DNA of 64,000 nt from an uncultured archaeon (GTDB lineage: Archaea > Thermoproteota > Nitrososphaeria > Nitrososphaerales > Gagatemarchaeaceae): contig CAWFOU010000007.1 in the NCBI GenBank assembly GCA_963817525.1, positions 832,001-896,000 of the forward strand, in the 5' to 3' direction. Under the pieces are notes generated by a model, which did no database searches, was not told the origin of the DNA, and saw nothing but the letters and a program-made list of their open reading frames with translations. Position 1 is the stretch's first letter, and every line of letters starts with the position of its first letter. This document shows, piece by piece, positions 28,964 through 38,791 of the stretch. Made by a program: the position numbers and the translations under genes.

Positions 28964-29471
28964 ACGCAGGCCGCTCCGCGGCGTCTCACTGGTCTTCGCG
29001 GGGTTCGTCACGATCGTGGTGCTCTCCCAGCTCTCCGCGCACTTCTTCGCCGCGGCCATCCCGAAGCACCTCCTGGCCAAGGAGGCGGCCGTGGTCTCGG
29101 GCGTCCAGCAGACCTCGACGGAGCTCGCCCTTGCCGCCGCAGCCCTGGGGCTCGTCTTCGCGGGCGCTGTCCTCCTCATCACGAGGCCGATGATCGCTGC
29201 GGACATCGACGTCTACAGGGCGGCGGGCCTCCCGTCCTCCTCCGCCTTCTTCCGCGTGCTCAGGTCTCACTCTGCGGGGCCGTTGGCCTGGGTCGCAGGC
29301 GCCGCCGCCGTGACCGCCCTGGTCGATGTCGAGTTCGGCCTCGACGCGTACTATCCCCTCGGCCTCGCGGTCTGCTTCGCCGCCCTCCTGATCGCCTGGC
29401 TGGCCATGCTAACTTCCACGTCGTTTTCACAGAGGGGGTTCGGACGCGGGTCGGGAGGTAAGGCGGGTTGA
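28953..29471 (+). CDS. Four-TM membrane protein, putative ABC permease subunit
   Basis: Overlaps the ATPase stop; four hydrophobic helices. Confidence 0.6.
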   Translation: MARRRRPLRGVSLVFAGFVTIVVLSQLSAHFFAAAIPKHLLAKEAAVVSGVQQTSTELALAAAALGLVFAGAVLLITRPMIAADIDVYRAAGLPSSSAFFRVLRSHSAGPLAWVAGAAAVTALVDVEFGLDAYYPLGLAVCFAALLIAWLAMLTSTSFSQRGFGRGSGGKAG

Positions 29472-30016
29472 AGTCGGTGTCGACCAAGGTCCAGAGCCTC
29501 CTGACGATCGAGCTCGAGTCCCACGCACCAACCGTGATAGTGAGCTGCGTCGCCATGGCCTTCGCCGGCTACCTCGCGACCTTCTTCGAGAGCGCCTCGT
29601 GGGTGGCCGCCGAGGCCGCAGGGACCACCTCGCCCTCGTTCGCGCCGTCGGCGATCCTCGTCGTGATGGCCACGCTGCCGTCCATCTTCGCCGTCCTTGG
29701 GGTCTACGCCTTGCTGGACGCCAACGAGGAGGCGCTGAGATACGAGGTCGGCGTGTTCACCAGCCAGGGGATAGACGGCGACACCGTGGTCGACGTCTGG
29801 TCTGCCCTTTACGGCTGGCTTCCCATAACCGCCTATTTCCTGGGTCTGCTGGCGTACCTCTTCTTCACTCCGGGGGTGATAGCCAACCTCCAGAACGGCC
29901 TGCCCGACATCATCAGCGGCCTCTTCTTCATCACCGGGTTCGCCACCCTCGTCATGATCCCCTACAAGCTCAACGGCGTCCTGAAGACCTCGCCGTACAC
30001 CGTTGTCAGGTCCTAG
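29468..30016 (+). CDS. Four-TM membrane protein, putative FtsX-like permease subunit
   Basis: Overlapping TTGA junction; RYEVGVFTSQG resembles the FtsX cytoplasmic loop. Confidence 0.6.
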   Translation: MKSVSTKVQSLLTIELESHAPTVIVSCVAMAFAGYLATFFESASWVAAEAAGTTSPSFAPSAILVVMATLPSIFAVLGVYALLDANEEALRYEVGVFTSQGIDGDTVVDVWSALYGWLPITAYFLGLLAYLFFTPGVIANLQNGLPDIISGLFFITGFATLVMIPYKLNGVLKTSPYTVVRS

Positions 30017-30118
30017 CCGGCGGGCCTTTTCACGACGTTTTCATTCATCAATTCCTTATATAGGGCGTCTGCGGCTTTCCTAATAGGACCAAGGTAAATC
30101 CTAGACACGTGATTTGGT

Positions 30119-31063
30119 ATATCAAGCGCTTACGCGAGAGACCCTGGAAGACAGAGACGCTTTGAGAGTGCATCGGATAGGTGCCCTCGATGCGGCAAGA
30201 CCACGATGGTGACGGACAACCCGAGAGGGGAAGTCTACTGCACCAGTTGCGGCTTCGTGGTCAAGGAGAACGTGATAGAGACCGGCCCCGAATGGCGGTC
30301 GTTCTCGAACGAGGAGAAGGACGAGAGGAGCAGGACGGGCCTTCCCACCTCGGTTGCGATACACGACATGGGCCTCGCGACCATCATCGGCGGCGAGAAC
30401 AAGGACGCGGCAGGAAGGTCGCTCTCTGGCGCCATGAAGTCGAGCGTCGAGCGGATGAGGACCTGGGACAGGAGGAGCCAGGTACACGAGTCCCAGGACA
30501 GGAACCTGAAGCAGGCGTTTAGCGAGCTGCGCAGGCTCTCCGAGAAGCTCTCCGTCTCCGAGGCGGTTACCGAGAGAGCGGCCTACATCTACAGGAAGGC
30601 CCTCGAGAGGAACCTCGTCAGGGGCAGGTCGATCACCGCGATTTTAGCCGCGTCGCTCTACGCAGCGTGCAGGGACAGGGAAGTGCCAAGGACGCTGAAG
30701 GACGTCGCGGCCGTGGGCTTCATCAAGAAGAAGGACCTTGCGAGGTCCTACAGGCTGCTACTCAAGGAGATGGACATCCAGATGCCGGTCGTCGACCCCA
30801 TGAAGTGCATGTCGAAGATCGCCTCCAGGGCGAACGTCAGCGGCAAGACCCAGAGGAGGGCAAGGGAGATCCTCCTGAGGGCTGAGCAGGCGCGCATCTC
30901 CGCCGGCAAGGACCCGATGGGGATTTCCGCCTCGGCGCTCTACGTCGCATGCATCCTCGAGGGGGAGAACATGACCCAGAGGGACATCGCGGACGCCGCT
31001 GGGGTCACCGAAGTCACGATCAGGAACCGCTACAAGGGCCTCAGGCTCGCGCTCGGAATCTAG
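30119..31063 (+). CDS. tfb: Transcription initiation factor IIB
   Basis: Zinc ribbon CPRC..CTSC, GPEWRSF, two cyclin repeats, VTEVTIRNRY. The first CxxC lies upstream of the ORF-track ATG (30206) and no in-frame ATG/GTG/TTG precedes it; ATA at 30119 is the most plausible start. Confidence 0.93.
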   Translation: MSSAYARDPGRQRRFESASDRCPRCGKTTMVTDNPRGEVYCTSCGFVVKENVIETGPEWRSFSNEEKDERSRTGLPTSVAIHDMGLATIIGGENKDAAGRSLSGAMKSSVERMRTWDRRSQVHESQDRNLKQAFSELRRLSEKLSVSEAVTERAAYIYRKALERNLVRGRSITAILAASLYAACRDREVPRTLKDVAAVGFIKKKDLARSYRLLLKEMDIQMPVVDPMKCMSKIASRANVSGKTQRRAREILLRAEQARISAGKDPMGISASALYVACILEGENMTQRDIADAAGVTEVTIRNRYKGLRLALGI

Positions 31064-31079
31064 CCGACGAGCGCCTTCC

Positions 31080-31643
31080 CTAGCTGCGGATGATGCCGGA
31101 CAGTATCCTCTCCGTCAGCCCCCAGATGACGAGGCTGCGGTGGACTATGGCAGTGAACGGGATCTGCCCCCCGCTCCTTGGGATGAGGTAGGAAGGGCGG
31201 GACGCCTCCCCGGCCAGCTCCGAAAGCGACGCCCACTCATAGGCGGCGACCTCCTTGTTCGGCTTCACCTCGGAGGACCCCACGAGCTTGAAGACCGAGG
31301 GGACGACCATGACGTCCTTCGTGTGCGCCTTGAACTCCCGCATGTATCCCAGAAAGAACGCCGCCCCGCCCGAGAGGTCGACACCGACCTCCTCCATGGC
31401 CTCCCTCCTCGCTGTCTCCTTGAAGGTCTTGTCCGATGAGCTCACCATCCCGCCCGGGAACGCGGCCTGTCCGGACCACGGGTCGTCCTTCCTCTCCGCC
31501 CTCCTGATGAGGAGGACCTCCGGGCTCGCCTGCGCGTTCCGGAGTATCACGGCGACGCTCGCGCTCTTCTTGGGGGCAAGGCGAGAGCGGGTCTCCGGAG
31601 AGAGCTTGGTCGCCAACGAGTCGAGGATGCTGGGGGTCGCCAA
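31080..31643 (-). CDS. Nudix hydrolase (CoA pyrophosphatase-like)
   Basis: DPWSGQAAFPGG..ETARREAMEEVG; IWGLT. Confidence 0.88.
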   Translation of the reverse strand: MATPSILDSLATKLSPETRSRLAPKKSASVAVILRNAQASPEVLLIRRAERKDDPWSGQAAFPGGMVSSSDKTFKETARREAMEEVGVDLSGGAAFFLGYMREFKAHTKDVMVVPSVFKLVGSSEVKPNKEVAAYEWASLSELAGEASRPSYLIPRSGGQIPFTAIVHRSLVIWGLTERILSGIIRS

Positions 31644-31699
31644 GTCAACACAATCTCCCGGGAATATTAAAATACGCTTTTCGATTCAATGCAGAGGAT

Positions 31700-32092
31700 T
31701 TGTCCGATTCTGAACTTGATAAAATTCTTGCAGATAAGGCTAAGCGATTGGTTTCCGAGAGTTCCGCGCACGGCCACGTCGTCGAGCTGACCGCGACCAA
31801 CTTCGACAAACTTGTCAACGGCCCGAAGCCGACCTTCGTCGACTTTTGGGCGGTGTGGTGCGGCCCGTGCAGGACGATGGAGCCCGTGGTCGAGCGCCTC
31901 GCGGCCAAGTTCGGGGGGTCTGTGAACTTCGCGAAGCTCAACGTCGACGAGCACCCCAGCATCGCGACCAGGTACGAGGTCCAGTCCATCCCCACCTTCA
32001 TGATATTCAAGAACGGAAGACCTGTCGACGCCGTCATAGGGACCATGCAGGAGGCCCCGCTCGAGCAGCGCATCAGGAAGGCCGCCGGGTAG
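31700..32092 (+). CDS. trxA: Thioredoxin
   Basis: DFWAVWCGPC; SIPT. Confidence 0.93.
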   Translation: MSDSELDKILADKAKRLVSESSAHGHVVELTATNFDKLVNGPKPTFVDFWAVWCGPCRTMEPVVERLAAKFGGSVNFAKLNVDEHPSIATRYEVQSIPTFMIFKNGRPVDAVIGTMQEAPLEQRIRKAAG

Positions 32093-32103
32093 CGCGCAAT
32101 AAA

Positions 32104-32859
32104 CTATCCAACGCGCGTCCCGTCCAGCAGGAAGATGTCGGCGTCTGCCACGTCGACCGAGCCCGAGGAGAGGATGGGCCCAAAGTCGAAGCCGCCCTTG
32201 GCGTTGATCGCCTGCCCCCCCACGAGGTTGTTGAAGGGCGGCATCACGATGAGCTTGCCCTCGCCCCTCTTTTTCGCAGGGTGCCCTGCCTTCTTCAGAA
32301 GGTCGGCGATGTCGTAGGAAGCGAAGAGCCAGACCGCTTCCTTGTTCCTCCCCCCGAACCTGTCCCTCATCTCGTAGCGGAAGTGAGAGTGCCCCATCAC
32401 GATCGTCCTCGAGGAGATGACCTCCTCCGACGGCCACGAGTGGCCGTGCGCGATGCCCACCTTCTTGCGCTGGCCGATGACCGTGCCTTCCACGGGGTGG
32501 AGCTTCACCCTGGACGGGAGGAGCGACCCCAGCAGCCCGTCGTGGTTCCCGGGCACCACCTCCACGGCCTGGAAGATGTCGAGGAGGGTGCCGAAGAACC
32601 AGGGGATTATCCCCCAGTCGATGTCCTGGACCTTGCCTATCGAGTGCTTGACGTCCCCGACGACTATGACGCGGTTGAGATGGTTCTTCTCCGCCATCGA
32701 GTTGATCCTGTCGAGCATCTTCTGCGAGTAGGGCGGGAGCCTGAACCCCTTGGAGGCCATCTCCTTCTCCAGCCCGAGGTGGAGGTCGGAGACCAGGAGG
32801 GTGGCGACATCTCCCTCCTTGTGGATGAGCGCCGACTCGTCAGGGACGACCTTGAGCAA
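32104..32859 (-). CDS. Calcineurin-like metallophosphoesterase
   Basis: SDLHLG, GDVKH, GNHD, HGH, GHSH. Confidence 0.9.
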   Translation of the reverse strand: MLKVVPDESALIHKEGDVATLLVSDLHLGLEKEMASKGFRLPPYSQKMLDRINSMAEKNHLNRVIVVGDVKHSIGKVQDIDWGIIPWFFGTLLDIFQAVEVVPGNHDGLLGSLLPSRVKLHPVEGTVIGQRKKVGIAHGHSWPSEEVISSRTIVMGHSHFRYEMRDRFGGRNKEAVWLFASYDIADLLKKAGHPAKKRGEGKLIVMPPFNNLVGGQAINAKGGFDFGPILSSGSVDVADADIFLLDGTRVG

Positions 32860-32903
32860 CTCTCGGCCGACGTGCCCGCCGGGACTTTAATCCTTGCACG
32901 GGC

Positions 32904-33584
32904 CTAGCCTATCAGCGGGAGAATCTCGTTCTTGACGTACCCCTTAAAGTCGGGGAGCTCGGTCCTGCTGAAGACCGTCACCACGCAGTTCCTCGTCACC
33001 CCGACCACGTACCCGTACTTCTGGGACTTTACGACGGCGTACCAGATCTTCCCGTGCGTCAGGTAGTCGTTGTAGAGGTTGGTCGCGCCGAGCCCCTCCC
33101 CGTATAGCGAGAGCTTGGAGATGTTGGGTATGTCGACGTCGTCGAAGAAGAGGATCTTCGATTCAACACCGTCTTCGTGGAACCTCTTCAGGGTCTCGGG
33201 CTGGATCCTCCCTTCCACTATCTGGCCGAGGCTCATGAAGAGGGCCTTGCTCATCTCGTTGGCGATATTGTTCGCCCTGCTCTTCTTGTCGAAGATGCTG
33301 AGGAAGAGTTTGTCCCCGAAGAGGTCGAACATGAAGGGCGCCTCGTAGGTCCTCACGATCGAGACCATCTTCCCGTGCTGCTTCACCTGGAAGACCGTGT
33401 CGAACGCGAAGGTCCCCTCGAGGGTCTCCTTGGATATGTCCAGGTCGGTGATCTCCGAGAGGAGGGTGAAGCTGTCTCCTTCGACCCTTACCTCCTGCTC
33501 GAGCTTGAAGTCCTTAAGCTTCGAGGCGACGAGCGGCAGGTTGCGCTCCTCCGCGACGACGAATACCTTAGCGGCGAGGACCAA
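32904..33584 (-). CDS. Hypothetical protein
   Basis: Host-like codon usage from the TTG at 33584; the ORF-track extension runs into the IS end. Confidence 0.7.
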   Translation of the reverse strand: MVLAAKVFVVAEERNLPLVASKLKDFKLEQEVRVEGDSFTLLSEITDLDISKETLEGTFAFDTVFQVKQHGKMVSIVRTYEAPFMFDLFGDKLFLSIFDKKSRANNIANEMSKALFMSLGQIVEGRIQPETLKRFHEDGVESKILFFDDVDIPNISKLSLYGEGLGATNLYNDYLTHGKIWYAVVKSQKYGYVVGVTRNCVVTVFSRTELPDFKGYVKNEILPLIG

Positions 33585-33627
33585 GACGCAAGGAGCCTTT
33601 CGGGCATGTTCAAAAGGTAATCGGGTT

Positions 33628-34872
33628 CTACTGCATGTTCTTCGCATTTCGCAGTTTCGAGGCATCGACTCTGAGGATTACCGGCTCCTCTTCACACCCC
33701 GGATTCCCCCTCACTGCTTCACTTGCCTCGCCTTCCTTTGATGAATGGTCGAACCTCAACCATCCTCTGCTTGAGATATTGAGCACCGCGACCACATCTC
33801 GGTCTCTCCATCTCTTGCAGCGTTCGCACCACAATTGGCGATAGTGTTCCTCATCGCTTTGGATTGGCACTTGGAGTCTCTCCCCGCATCGTGGGCAATC
33901 CATTGTGGTCCCTCTCGTCTCGCCTTTCGTAAGGATGATGACGGGTACTCCCTCCCACGCCGCCTTGTACTCAATCTGTCGTCGTAGTTCGCGGAAAGGC
34001 CACGAGTTCATCTTTCCTCTGAACGATCTTCCCTGTCGATTCCCTCTTCTGTAAAGTTTGCGAATCCCCGAAATGTCCTCCAAGACGATTCCCAGTTTGC
34101 GAATCTTTGCCTCGCTGACGACACGCTTGGAGACTAGGTTTAGGAATTGCCTCGTCCTCTCGGCCCTCCTCTTCCCATATTTCGAGGCAATCTTTCGCCT
34201 GATTCTCACATCAGGGCGCTTTAGGGAACTGATGATACTCCGAGTGTTTTCTCCAAGGCCGACTACCTCGGCCATATCATAAAAAGTCACTATCTCGGCG
34301 TTGCCTGCTGCAAGGTTTCTAAGATTCCTGTCAATTCCCATTGTCCCGAGCGGTTCCTGCTCCGTTTCGGCAACATCCTTCGAGACGCATAGGGAGAGGG
34401 ATTTCTCCGTTAAGGTAAAGGAGCGGACTCGCAAGGCAGCATTCGACAGAAGGGCTTTCGTGTGGGAATTCAGCGGAATCGATTCAAACGTCTCGGCGCC
34501 GAGATGGATCACAAGACGGCCGTTATCGATCTTGAACCCGTAGCATGAGACGAGTAACGGCTTCGAGACGTGCGGTCTCTTAGTGCGGAATCCTCTGTTG
34601 ATTGACTTGCGTCTGGCAGAGAGAATACCCGCCGCCTTGGATATGGCACACAAAGCGTAGCCTGAGAAGCCTCCATAGCGTTCCCTGAGTCGTCCGTATG
34701 AGAGAAGCGACAATTTCTTCATCGACGGCGTTTGGCGGTTGCATCCATTGGCCTCGAATTCCAACCCCTCTCGAATGCAATCGTTGGTCATCTGTCGGAA
34801 GTCTTCCATGACCGACAAAATCCCTGTGTTTGGATGATATCGTTGCTTGATTGACTTCCTTACGAGTACCAT
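33628..34872 (-). mobile_element. tnpB: IS200/IS605-family TnpB RNA-guided nuclease (no tnpA; IS1341-like)
   Basis: RuvC D (GIDRN), E (VLEDI) and D (DRDVVAVLNI); CPRC..CERC zinc finger; QIEYKAAWEG; AT-richer. Confidence 0.92.
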
Positions 34873-35015
34873 GAGGGAACACGCTGTTTTACTATTTAAT
34901 GACCAACGAGGGTTGAGTTGACACCAATATTCGCGGGACTTTCGTCGCCGAGGCGGTAACCGACCGCCCTGTTTCGGCCCTTCCTAGACCATATGCCTAA
35001 AATACCATCGAGGTT

Positions 35016-37067
35016 TTGGAAGTTTTGCACGATTTGTCCGGACCTTACGAAGAGATGTCGACAGAGCAGGAAAAGACATTCTCCCCGCCCATCAAGGAGA
35101 TAATCCTAGAGAACTTCATGAGCTACGAGTATGCCAGGATCCCGCTCAACCAGGGTCTTAACCTCATAGTCGGTCCCAACGGCGCGGGCAAGTCCTCGGT
35201 CCTCCTCGCCATCTCGGTCGCCTTCGGCCAGGCCTACACCGAGCGCTCGAGGAAGCTCAGCGACCTCATCCGGAGGGGGAAGGATATAGCCCGAGTCTCC
35301 CTCATCTTCGACAACAGGGTGAGGGAAGGGAAGAGGCCCATCCCCTATTCAAAGGCGGACACCTTCATGCTGTCCCGCTACCTCCGCAAGGACGGCTCCT
35401 ACTGGTATGAGGCAGACTACAAGGAGATCGACAAGAGCGAGGTCGTCAGGCTCCTCCGCGAGTTCGGGATAAACCCCGACAACCTCCTCATCATCATGCA
35501 CCAGGGTATGATAGAGGAGCTGGGCGCCATCTCCCAAGAGCAGCGCTTGGCGATGGTCGAGGAGGCCGTGGGCTTCCGCGAGTACAGGGAGAGGATTCTC
35601 GGCGCCGAGGCCGACCTCAACAGCATGGTCAGCGAGGAGGGCTCGCTGGTCCAGTTGATCGACAACGCGAACCAGACGATCGAGTACTGGAAGCAGATCT
35701 ACGACCGATACCTCGAGAAGAAGAGGCTCCAGGAGCACAGGATCCTCCTCGAGCGGGAACTCCTCTGGGCGCAGGAGGGGAAGCTCTCCCGTTCGCTCGC
35801 GTCTATCGGGGAGAGGCTCGAGGCCAAGCGCGAGTCCCTGGCCGACCTGAGGGATCAGCAGAAGAAGGCCGGGACCGAGGCGGAGGCCCACCGCGCCGCC
35901 CTTGGCGAGAGGCAGGTCGAGGTCAGGAAGCTGTACGGGGCGCTCATCAGGGCCGAGAGGGAGCGCGCGGGGCTAGAGTCCGCCCGCGACGCGATGAAGG
36001 GGCTCAACGAGGAGCTGCAGACGCTCAGCAGAGACCTAGACGACCTCGTCAACAGCCCCGGCGCCCAGCTCGACCTCAACAGGTCGAAGAGGATCGAGGA
36101 GTTCATCGAGTTCGCCTCGAAAAAATCGAGCGCCGACTCGGAGGAGGCAGGGCGCAAGAAGACCGACCTGGACAGGGAGGTCGCCTCGCTCCAGTCAGAG
36201 GTGGGGGGCGTCGAGGACGCGATCAGAAAGCTCACCGAGGACTACATCTCGCAGCGCGTGAGGTTCGAGGTCCTCGAGTACAGGACCAAGGTCACAGAGT
36301 CGGAGATACGGGAGCTCGAGAGGTCCGAGAGGGAGGTGAGGGGCGAGCTGGACGCGATGAAGCCCGACATGGACAAGGCGGGCGAGAGGATACTCACCCA
36401 GAGGGCACCCTACGAGGTCTCCGAGGAGCTCAAGCTCGTCTCAGCCCAGCTGCAGAAGCTCCAGGACCTCCCCGACGACGCGGAGAAGATCTACAGGGAC
36501 TACACCGGGAACCTCGAGGGGCTAAAGGGCAAGCTCCAGGAGCTCCAGGACAACAAGAAGCTCATGCTCAAGGAGCTCGAGGAGAGGAAGAAGGCGTGGA
36601 AGAACGCGGTCCAAACCCTCATCGACGAGGTCGCGCCCATCTACCAGCAGGTGCTCTCGACGGTCGGCGCCACGGGCGCGATAAGGCTCGACGATGGCGG
36701 CAGCGTGGCTGAGGCCGGGCTGCAGCTCCTGGTGGGGTTCAAGGGCGCCGAGCCTTCCATCCTCGACCCCTACACGCAGAGCGGGGGCGAGAGGTCCGTC
36801 GCACTCGTAGCCTTCATGCTCTCGCTGCAGAGCAGGATAATCTCGCCGCTGCGGGCGATGGACGAATTCGACATCCACATGGACCCGCGCAACAGGGAGG
36901 CAATCTTCAAGATGATACTCGCCCAGGGCAAGAAGAACCCCAACTCGCAGCACATCGTGATCACTCCGTCGATAATCACGGTGGCGGACAGGAGCGCCCA
37001 CGTCATCACCGTCCAGTCGGTGCACGGCTCGTCTCAGGTGAAGGAGTATTCAAGCGCCGGAAGATAG
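35016..37067 (+). CDS. Short SMC-family ATPase, Smc5/6-like (Sph/ClsN-related); start may be 35034 or 35055
   Basis: ENFMSY, GPNGAGKSS, coiled coil, QSGGERSV, PLRAMDEFDIHMD. Confidence 0.88.
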   Translation: MEVLHDLSGPYEEMSTEQEKTFSPPIKEIILENFMSYEYARIPLNQGLNLIVGPNGAGKSSVLLAISVAFGQAYTERSRKLSDLIRRGKDIARVSLIFDNRVREGKRPIPYSKADTFMLSRYLRKDGSYWYEADYKEIDKSEVVRLLREFGINPDNLLIIMHQGMIEELGAISQEQRLAMVEEAVGFREYRERILGAEADLNSMVSEEGSLVQLIDNANQTIEYWKQIYDRYLEKKRLQEHRILLERELLWAQEGKLSRSLASIGERLEAKRESLADLRDQQKKAGTEAEAHRAALGERQVEVRKLYGALIRAERERAGLESARDAMKGLNEELQTLSRDLDDLVNSPGAQLDLNRSKRIEEFIEFASKKSSADSEEAGRKKTDLDREVASLQSEVGGVEDAIRKLTEDYISQRVRFEVLEYRTKVTESEIRELERSEREVRGELDAMKPDMDKAGERILTQRAPYEVSEELKLVSAQLQKLQDLPDDAEKIYRDYTGNLEGLKGKLQELQDNKKLMLKELEERKKAWKNAVQTLIDEVAPIYQQVLSTVGATGAIRLDDGGSVAEAGLQLLVGFKGAEPSILDPYTQSGGERSVALVAFMLSLQSRIISPLRAMDEFDIHMDPRNREAIFKMILAQGKKNPNSQHIVITPSIITVADRSAHVITVQSVHGSSQVKEYSSAGR

Positions 37068-37818
37068 GGAGCGCGACAAGAAGCTCGAGGACATATTGCG
37101 CCTCATAGAGTTGTGTCGCAACATTCAGTCATCGAGCGTCAACCCCTTCGAGGTCGACATCAGGGAGAAGCTCCTGGTCCTCAAGAAGCACCTCCCGGAC
37201 TGGGGCGTCATAGACGTGATGCTCAAGGACTCGGAGGCCATGCAGCAGCTGGTCGCCATAGTCAAGCTCCAAGATCAATGGATCAAGCACAGGGCATCGG
37301 CTCTCTACATCGACCCCCTCCTCCTCGAGCTCAAGATCCAGCTGATCACCAAGGATGAGCTCGCCGAGAGCTTTGCAAAGTGCTGGCACCCGATCGCGCA
37401 GCTCGACCAGCTGACCGCGAGGGGCCTCGAGAGGGCCTTCGTCTACTGGAGGGAGCTCGTCCCCTTCAGCGAGAGGTTCAAGGACCAGTTCGGGAACTAC
37501 GGGGAGGCGGCCGGGCTGATTGGGCTGGAGGAGCTCGAGTCGCTCAGCATCTTCACCAAGGAGGAGTTTGCCTCCCGTCTCAGCTCGATCACCAAGGAGC
37601 TGGTCGAGAAGACTGACGGCAAGGAGATTGACTATCGGGGCTTCATCCAGGGCAAGGATCCCGAGGAGACCGCCCTGCGCGGATACCTGATTGCCTTCGT
37701 GGTGACCGAGGGGAGGGCGACCCTCAGGATCGACCCGCTCACCGAGCAGATATTCATCTCGGTGATCCAAGGCAAGCCCGACGACGAGACCAAGTCGGTG
37801 GCGATAGTGGTACGATGA
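37048..37818 (+). CDS. Putative kleisin (ScpA/Nse4-like)
   Basis: VNPFEVDI N-terminal ScpA-like motif, C-terminal winged-helix-like region, directly after the SMC gene; probable ATT start 6 nt after GGTGA (ORF track starts at 37096). Confidence 0.6.
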   Translation: MQAPEDRERDKKLEDILRLIELCRNIQSSSVNPFEVDIREKLLVLKKHLPDWGVIDVMLKDSEAMQQLVAIVKLQDQWIKHRASALYIDPLLLELKIQLITKDELAESFAKCWHPIAQLDQLTARGLERAFVYWRELVPFSERFKDQFGNYGEAAGLIGLEELESLSIFTKEEFASRLSSITKELVEKTDGKEIDYRGFIQGKDPEETALRGYLIAFVVTEGRATLRIDPLTEQIFISVIQGKPDDETKSVAIVVR

Positions 37819-38417
37819 GCGACATCGCGACACCGCCTCCGGCAGAAAGCCCTCAGTCCGAGGCAGCAGCCGAGAGGGCCTCCCTCGACCGCAAGACGAG
37901 GAGGGCCTTCCAGGTCCTGATACTCCAGCGCGGCAGGAACCCCGGCGTGAAGGGGTGGGAGATGCGGCGATACCTAGGCAAGGACTACAAGAAGATCCTC
38001 GAGGTCCTCTCGGACGACCTAAAGGCCCTGGGCCTCGAGGTGCACCAGGTCCCCGGCCCGGAGGGCACTGACGATTCGACGCGCTTCCTCCTCAGGTTCA
38101 GGGACCCTCCCACCCTCACAGAGGCGGAGACGGCCGGGTTCAGGATTGACGACCTAGCCGTGCTTGCCGCGACCATCGCACTCGTGAACTCGAAGCAGGG
38201 AAGGATCTCAAGGAAGGAGTTGGAGAGCTTCCTCAAGGGCAAGTTCCCCCGCTGGAGGATAGACTACTCCGTGGACAGGTACATCAAGCGCGGGTACCTC
38301 GACCAGGACGACAAGGACCTCATCCGCATAGGCTGGAGGACGAGGGCGGAGATCGACGAGAGGTCGCTGATGACCCTCATCCTCGCCCAAGGGACGAAGA
38401 CCGACGTCAAGAAATGA
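37815..38417 (+). CDS. Putative kite protein (ScpB/Nse1/Nse3-like tandem winged helix)
   Basis: ATGA overlap with the previous gene; two wHTH-like halves; IRIGWRTRAEI tail resembles kite/MAGE proteins. Confidence 0.6.
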   Translation: MSDIATPPPAESPQSEAAAERASLDRKTRRAFQVLILQRGRNPGVKGWEMRRYLGKDYKKILEVLSDDLKALGLEVHQVPGPEGTDDSTRFLLRFRDPPTLTEAETAGFRIDDLAVLAATIALVNSKQGRISRKELESFLKGKFPRWRIDYSVDRYIKRGYLDQDDKDLIRIGWRTRAEIDERSLMTLILAQGTKTDVKK

Positions 38418-38426
38418 CTGGTCGCT

Positions 38427-38723
38427 CTACTTCTTGGATTGGAGTTCCTGAACCTTCGCTTCCAAAACGGCCACACGCTGGACCATGTCAAGCTTCTTGT
38501 CCGATTCATCCAATCTCCGATTCGTGCCATCGATTCTCTGGCTCAGCTTTTGATCCAGGTTCTCAATTTTCTGGCTGAGCTTCTGGTCCAAGCTTGTGAG
38601 TTCCGAATGGACGACCCTGAACTCGGCATCCATCTTGGCGTCCAAGGCCTTGATGTCTCCCTTTAGCTCGCTGATCTGTGGAAGAAGAATCCTCTCGAGC
38701 CAGCCCGGAATCTTCTCGGCCAT
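38427..38723 (-). CDS. Small coiled-coil protein with an internal 11-aa repeat
   Basis: LDQKLSQKIEN-LDQKLSQRIDG; AT-richer. Confidence 0.65.
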   Translation of the reverse strand: MAEKIPGWLERILLPQISELKGDIKALDAKMDAEFRVVHSELTSLDQKLSQKIENLDQKLSQRIDGTNRRLDESDKKLDMVQRVAVLEAKVQELQSKK

Positions 38724-38791
38724 CTGCGTCTACCGATTAGCTCGCCGTGATATTTAACCACCGATGCCAGCGCGAAGAGGAAGACGCAATT

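Noticed and set aside
38520-38600. 33-bp imperfect tandem repeat as a CRISPR or regulatory repeat
   Set aside because: It encodes the coiled-coil repeat of ORF 38427-38723. No CRISPR array or cas gene was seen in the window.
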